Part shown: positions 7,536 through 9,862 of the stretch, one piece after another
Layout of the letters: each line of letters opens with the position of its first letter
Numbering within the stretch: position 1 is the first letter of the stretch
Assembly: GCF_006345805.1 (NCBI RefSeq)
Contig: NW_021827822.1
Span: 1 to 9,862 of the forward strand
Direction of reading: 5' to 3'
DNA length: 9,862 bases
Origin: Octopus sinensis
Taxonomy: Eukaryota
The notes under the pieces: model-generated
Told to the model about the DNA's origin: nothing
The model's database searches: none
Seen by the model: only the letters and a program-made list of their open reading frames with translations
Position numbers and translations under genes: made by a program

Positions 7536-8071
7536 TTGGGATGTCCGGAAAGTTTGTGCCGATTTTTAAAGGAAAGAAAAAGGTCAATAAATACTTGCCA
7601 TTACATTTTTAATCAACTAAATATGAGCCATTTTGTTGCACAATCTTTCCTTTAACTTGAAAATACCTTCTTCCCAGAATTGAGGTGCCTGGGAGGGTAA
7701 GTCGAAAGGTAAGCTACTATAAGTCGGCACGGATGCACATGGCCTAGTGGTTAGAGCAGCGGACTCGCGGTCGAGGGATCGTGGGTTCGAATCTTAGACC
7801 GGGCGATGTGCGTGTTTATGAGCAAAACACCTAAGCTCCACGCGGTTTCGGCAGAAGGTAATGGTGAACTTCTGATGACTTTTTTCGCCACAACTTTCTC
7901 TCACTCTTTCCTCCTGCATCTTGCAGCTCACCTGCGACGGACCGGCGTCCCGTCCAGGTGGGGAACCTATACGCCAAGGAAACCGGGAAACCGGCCCTTA
8001 TGAGCCAGGCGTGGCTCGAGAAGGAACAAACGATAAGCGATAAGTCGGCACGAACTTTCCGGATATGCAAA
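7536..8071 (-). mobile_element. Internally deleted mariner element (~215 bp without the SINE)
   Basis: TIRs at 7536-7565 and 8042-8071 pair at 25/30 positions (core TCCGGAAAGTT(T/C)GTGCCGA, 18/19), with TA at 7534-7535. The minus strand at ~7609-7695 encodes SQAPQFWEEGIFKLKER / KIVQQNGSYLVD*, the typical mariner transposase C-terminus. Confidence 0.82.
7732..8039 (+). mobile_element. tRNA-derived SINE, type B (tail variant 2), full length with a 13-bp TSD
   Basis: A box TGGCCTAGTGG (7740-7750) and B box GGTTCGAATC (7784-7793). It is flanked by a perfect ATAAGTCGGCACG at 7719-7731 and 8040-8052. Confidence 0.92.
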
Positions 8072-8267
8072 TTGTAAAAATAATAGAAAAAATATACAGT
8101 ACTGTTTCTACTTCGCGGATTTTCACTTATTTTGGCGTGTAACACCCGCGATAGTCGAGGGATTACTGGAGAAAATGACTGTTTTGGTGTGGAGTGGAAT
8201 ACCGGACGACGAATGTTTGCATTATGTGATTAAACAATGGGCCATTTGAATCATTAGAAACAACCAA

Positions 8268-8382
8268 CGCAGGAGTGGCTGTGTGGTAAGTAGCTTGCTT
8301 ACCAGCCACATGGTTGTGGGTTCAGTCCCACTGCGTGACACCTTGTGAGTGGATTTGATAGACGGAAACTGAAAGAAGCTCG
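8268..8382 (+). mobile_element. SINE type A 5' module with a 42-bp internal deletion
   Basis: CGCAGGAGTGGCTGTGTGG...GGGTTCAGTCCC...GAAAGAAGCTCG. It aligns to 8382-8532 except for the missing segment 8450-8491. Confidence 0.85.
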
Positions 8383-8553
8383 AGTGGCTGTGTGGTAAGT
8401 AACTTGTTTACCAACCACATGGTTCCGGGTTCAATCCCACTGCGTGGCACCTTGGGGAAGTGTCTTCTACTATAGCCTTGGGCCGACAAAGCCTTGTGAG
8501 TGGATTTGGTAGACGAAACTGAAAGAAGCCCGTCGTATATATGTATATATATG

Positions 8554-8644
<91 letters not shown>

Positions 8645-8873
8645 TGTGTGTGTGCATATGTTTGTGTGTCTGTGTTTGTCCCCCCCCCCCCCCGCCAGCA
8701 TTGCTTGACAACCGATGCTGGTGTGTTTGCGTCCCCCGTCAAAAGAGACCGATAGAATAAGTACTGGGCTTACAAAGAATAAGTCCTGGGGTCGATTTGC
8801 TCGATCGACCAAAGGCGGTGCTCCAGCATGGCCACAGTCAAATGACTGAAACAAGTAAAAGCGTAAAAGAGTA
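8382..8873 (+). mobile_element. tRNA-derived SINE, type A, with an expanded internal microsatellite
   Basis: A-box-like TGGCTGTGTGG, B box GGTTCAATCC (~8429-8438), internal (TA)n(TG)n at 8536-8672, C14 at 8680-8693, and tail ...GACTGAAACAAGTAAAA. Confidence 0.9.
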
Positions 8874-8987
8874 AATCAGAACAACAATAACAATAATAAA
8901 AACAAGAGTAACAGCTGAAACATCAAAAACGAGGGAGGTGGTGAATCGACGTGCTAGAAATAACAGTCAAATCTCCTTCGGATACAT

Positions 8988-9387
8988 TCTCTTTTCTCTT
9001 TCTCTTTTTACTTGTTTCAGTCATTTGACTGCGGCCATGCTGGAGCGCCGCCTTTAGTCGAGCAAATCGACCCCGGGACTTATTCTTTGGAAGCCTAGTA
9101 CTTATTCTATCGGTCTCTTTTTTTGCCGAACCGCTAATTTACGGGGACATAAACACACAGCATCGGTTGTCAAGCCAATGCTAGGGGACAAACACAGGTA
9201 CACATACATATATATATATACATATATACGACAGGCTTCTTTCATTTCCCTCTACCAAATCCACTCACAAGGCATTGGTCGGCCCGGGGCATAGCAGAAG
9301 ACACTTGCCCAAGGTGCCACGCAGTGGACTGAACCTGGAACCATGTGGTTGCTTAGCACGCTACTTACCACTCAGCCACTCCTGCGC
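8988..9387 (-). mobile_element. tRNA-derived SINE, type A, full length
   Basis: The minus-strand 5' end is GCGCAGGAGTGGCTGAGTGG with a perfect A box (TGGCTGAGTGG). It has a B-box-like GGTTCAGTCC, a short internal (TA)/(CA) tract and an (AAAG/AAAGAG)-like tail at 8988-9010. Confidence 0.9.
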
Positions 9388-9451
9388 CTATACTCTGCAA
9401 TCTTGGGAAAGAACACGTTGTATAATTTCATACCAGGTTTTCTGATTATTA

Positions 9452-9479
9452 GGGGTGGGCGTGGGAGGGAAAGGGGGGG
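9452..9479 (+). other. Canonical G-quadruplex motif
   Basis: GGGG-T-GGG-CGT-GGG-A-GGG-AAA-GGGGGGG. Confidence 0.6.
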
Positions 9480-9559
9480 AGGCAAGATGATCTCAAAAAA
9501 CAAAAGACTGGAATCTTGTTGATTATGTCTCCGATCGATAAGGACTAAACCACGCGTAA

Positions 9560-9862
9560 AACAATACTAACAACAACAACAACAACAACAACAACAGCAT
9601 CTGTAGCAGTAGCAGCAGCAGCAACACTACTGCCAGTACTCACACAATTATTATCACCACTACCACCGCCACCACCACACCACTGTCTCCGCCACCACCA
9701 CCATCACATCCTCAAATAACACACATCGTCAGCAACCACCACCACCACACCACTACCTTCTCCACCCACACTCCACCATCTCCACCGCCAACGCCACCAC
9801 TACACCCCCACCACCTCCACCAGCCATCACCACACCACCACTACCACCACCACCACCACCAC
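9560..9862. repeat. Compound trinucleotide low-complexity tract (AAC)n, then (AGC)n, then (ACC)n
   Basis: (AAC)~9 at 9569-9595, AGC/AGT units to ~9622, then a degenerate ACC/CAC tract running off the window end. Confidence 0.9.

Larger units (their letters stand above)
7213..8168. mobile_element. pogo/Tigger-like non-autonomous DNA transposon (~250 bp once the nested inserts are removed)
   Basis: The left end TA|CAGTAATCCCTCACAATATCGC and the reverse complement of the right end, CAGTAATCCCTCGACTATCGC, share 12 identical terminal bases plus TATCGC. Subterminal TCG(C/T)GGA motifs occur at 7260, 7296 and 8113. The right flank is GA rather than TA. Confidence 0.65.

Noticed and set aside
7732-7805. 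tRNA gene call for the A/B-box heads (also 8268-8345, 8382-8450, 9320-9387, 1710-1774)
   Set aside because: I could not build a complete cloverleaf with an acceptor stem, there is no oligo-T terminator, and the heads continue into multi-copy SINE bodies.
7515-8085. TAAAAATAATA on both sides of the mariner as a long TSD
   Set aside because: It is not flush with the TIRs, it is AT-rich low-complexity, and mariner elements duplicate only TA.
8254-8890. Possible TSD AGAAACAACCAAC / AGAACAACAATAAC around the tandem SINE A copies
   Set aside because: It is degenerate and A/C-rich low-complexity, so it is too weak to call. I also found no convincing TSD for the copies at 5718-6090 or 8988-9387.
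9560-9862. Stop-free + frame (poly-N/S/T/P/H) running to the window end
   Set aside because: It is preceded directly by TAA with no ATG or clear acceptor. C/A-rich repeats lack stop codons for compositional reasons.

Overview
Eukaryotic, gene-free, repeat-saturated DNA. I find no supportable host exon, functional RNA gene or CRISPR array. The abundant (TA)/(CA)/(GA)/(TATC)/(TTA) microsatellites and the tRNA-derived SINE types resemble coleoid cephalopod (octopus-like) DNA; this is recalled resemblance, not a search result. Main content: (1) a ~2 kb, 5'-truncated, frameshifted R4/Dong-clade non-LTR retrotransposon on the minus strand (RT, CCHC knuckle, restriction-like endonuclease) sitting between two (TAA)n arrays; (2) seven tRNA-derived SINE copies or fragments of about three types, including two head-to-head chimeras broken at the same point and a closely spaced inverted pair; (3) a nested stack at 7213-8168 in which a pogo/Tigger-like element contains a SINE fragment and a mariner deletion derivative, whose TIR is hit by a SINE with a perfect 13-bp TSD; (4) a decayed APE endonuclease remnant, an orphan hAT-like end, an unexplained 68-nt hairpin, a 79-bp near-perfect direct repeat 3.6 kb apart, and a (TATC)n/(GATA)n palindrome. 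I see no convincing wholly new biological system. The most novel-looking signals concern SINE chimerism, microsatellite targeting and the unexplained hairpin and duplication.
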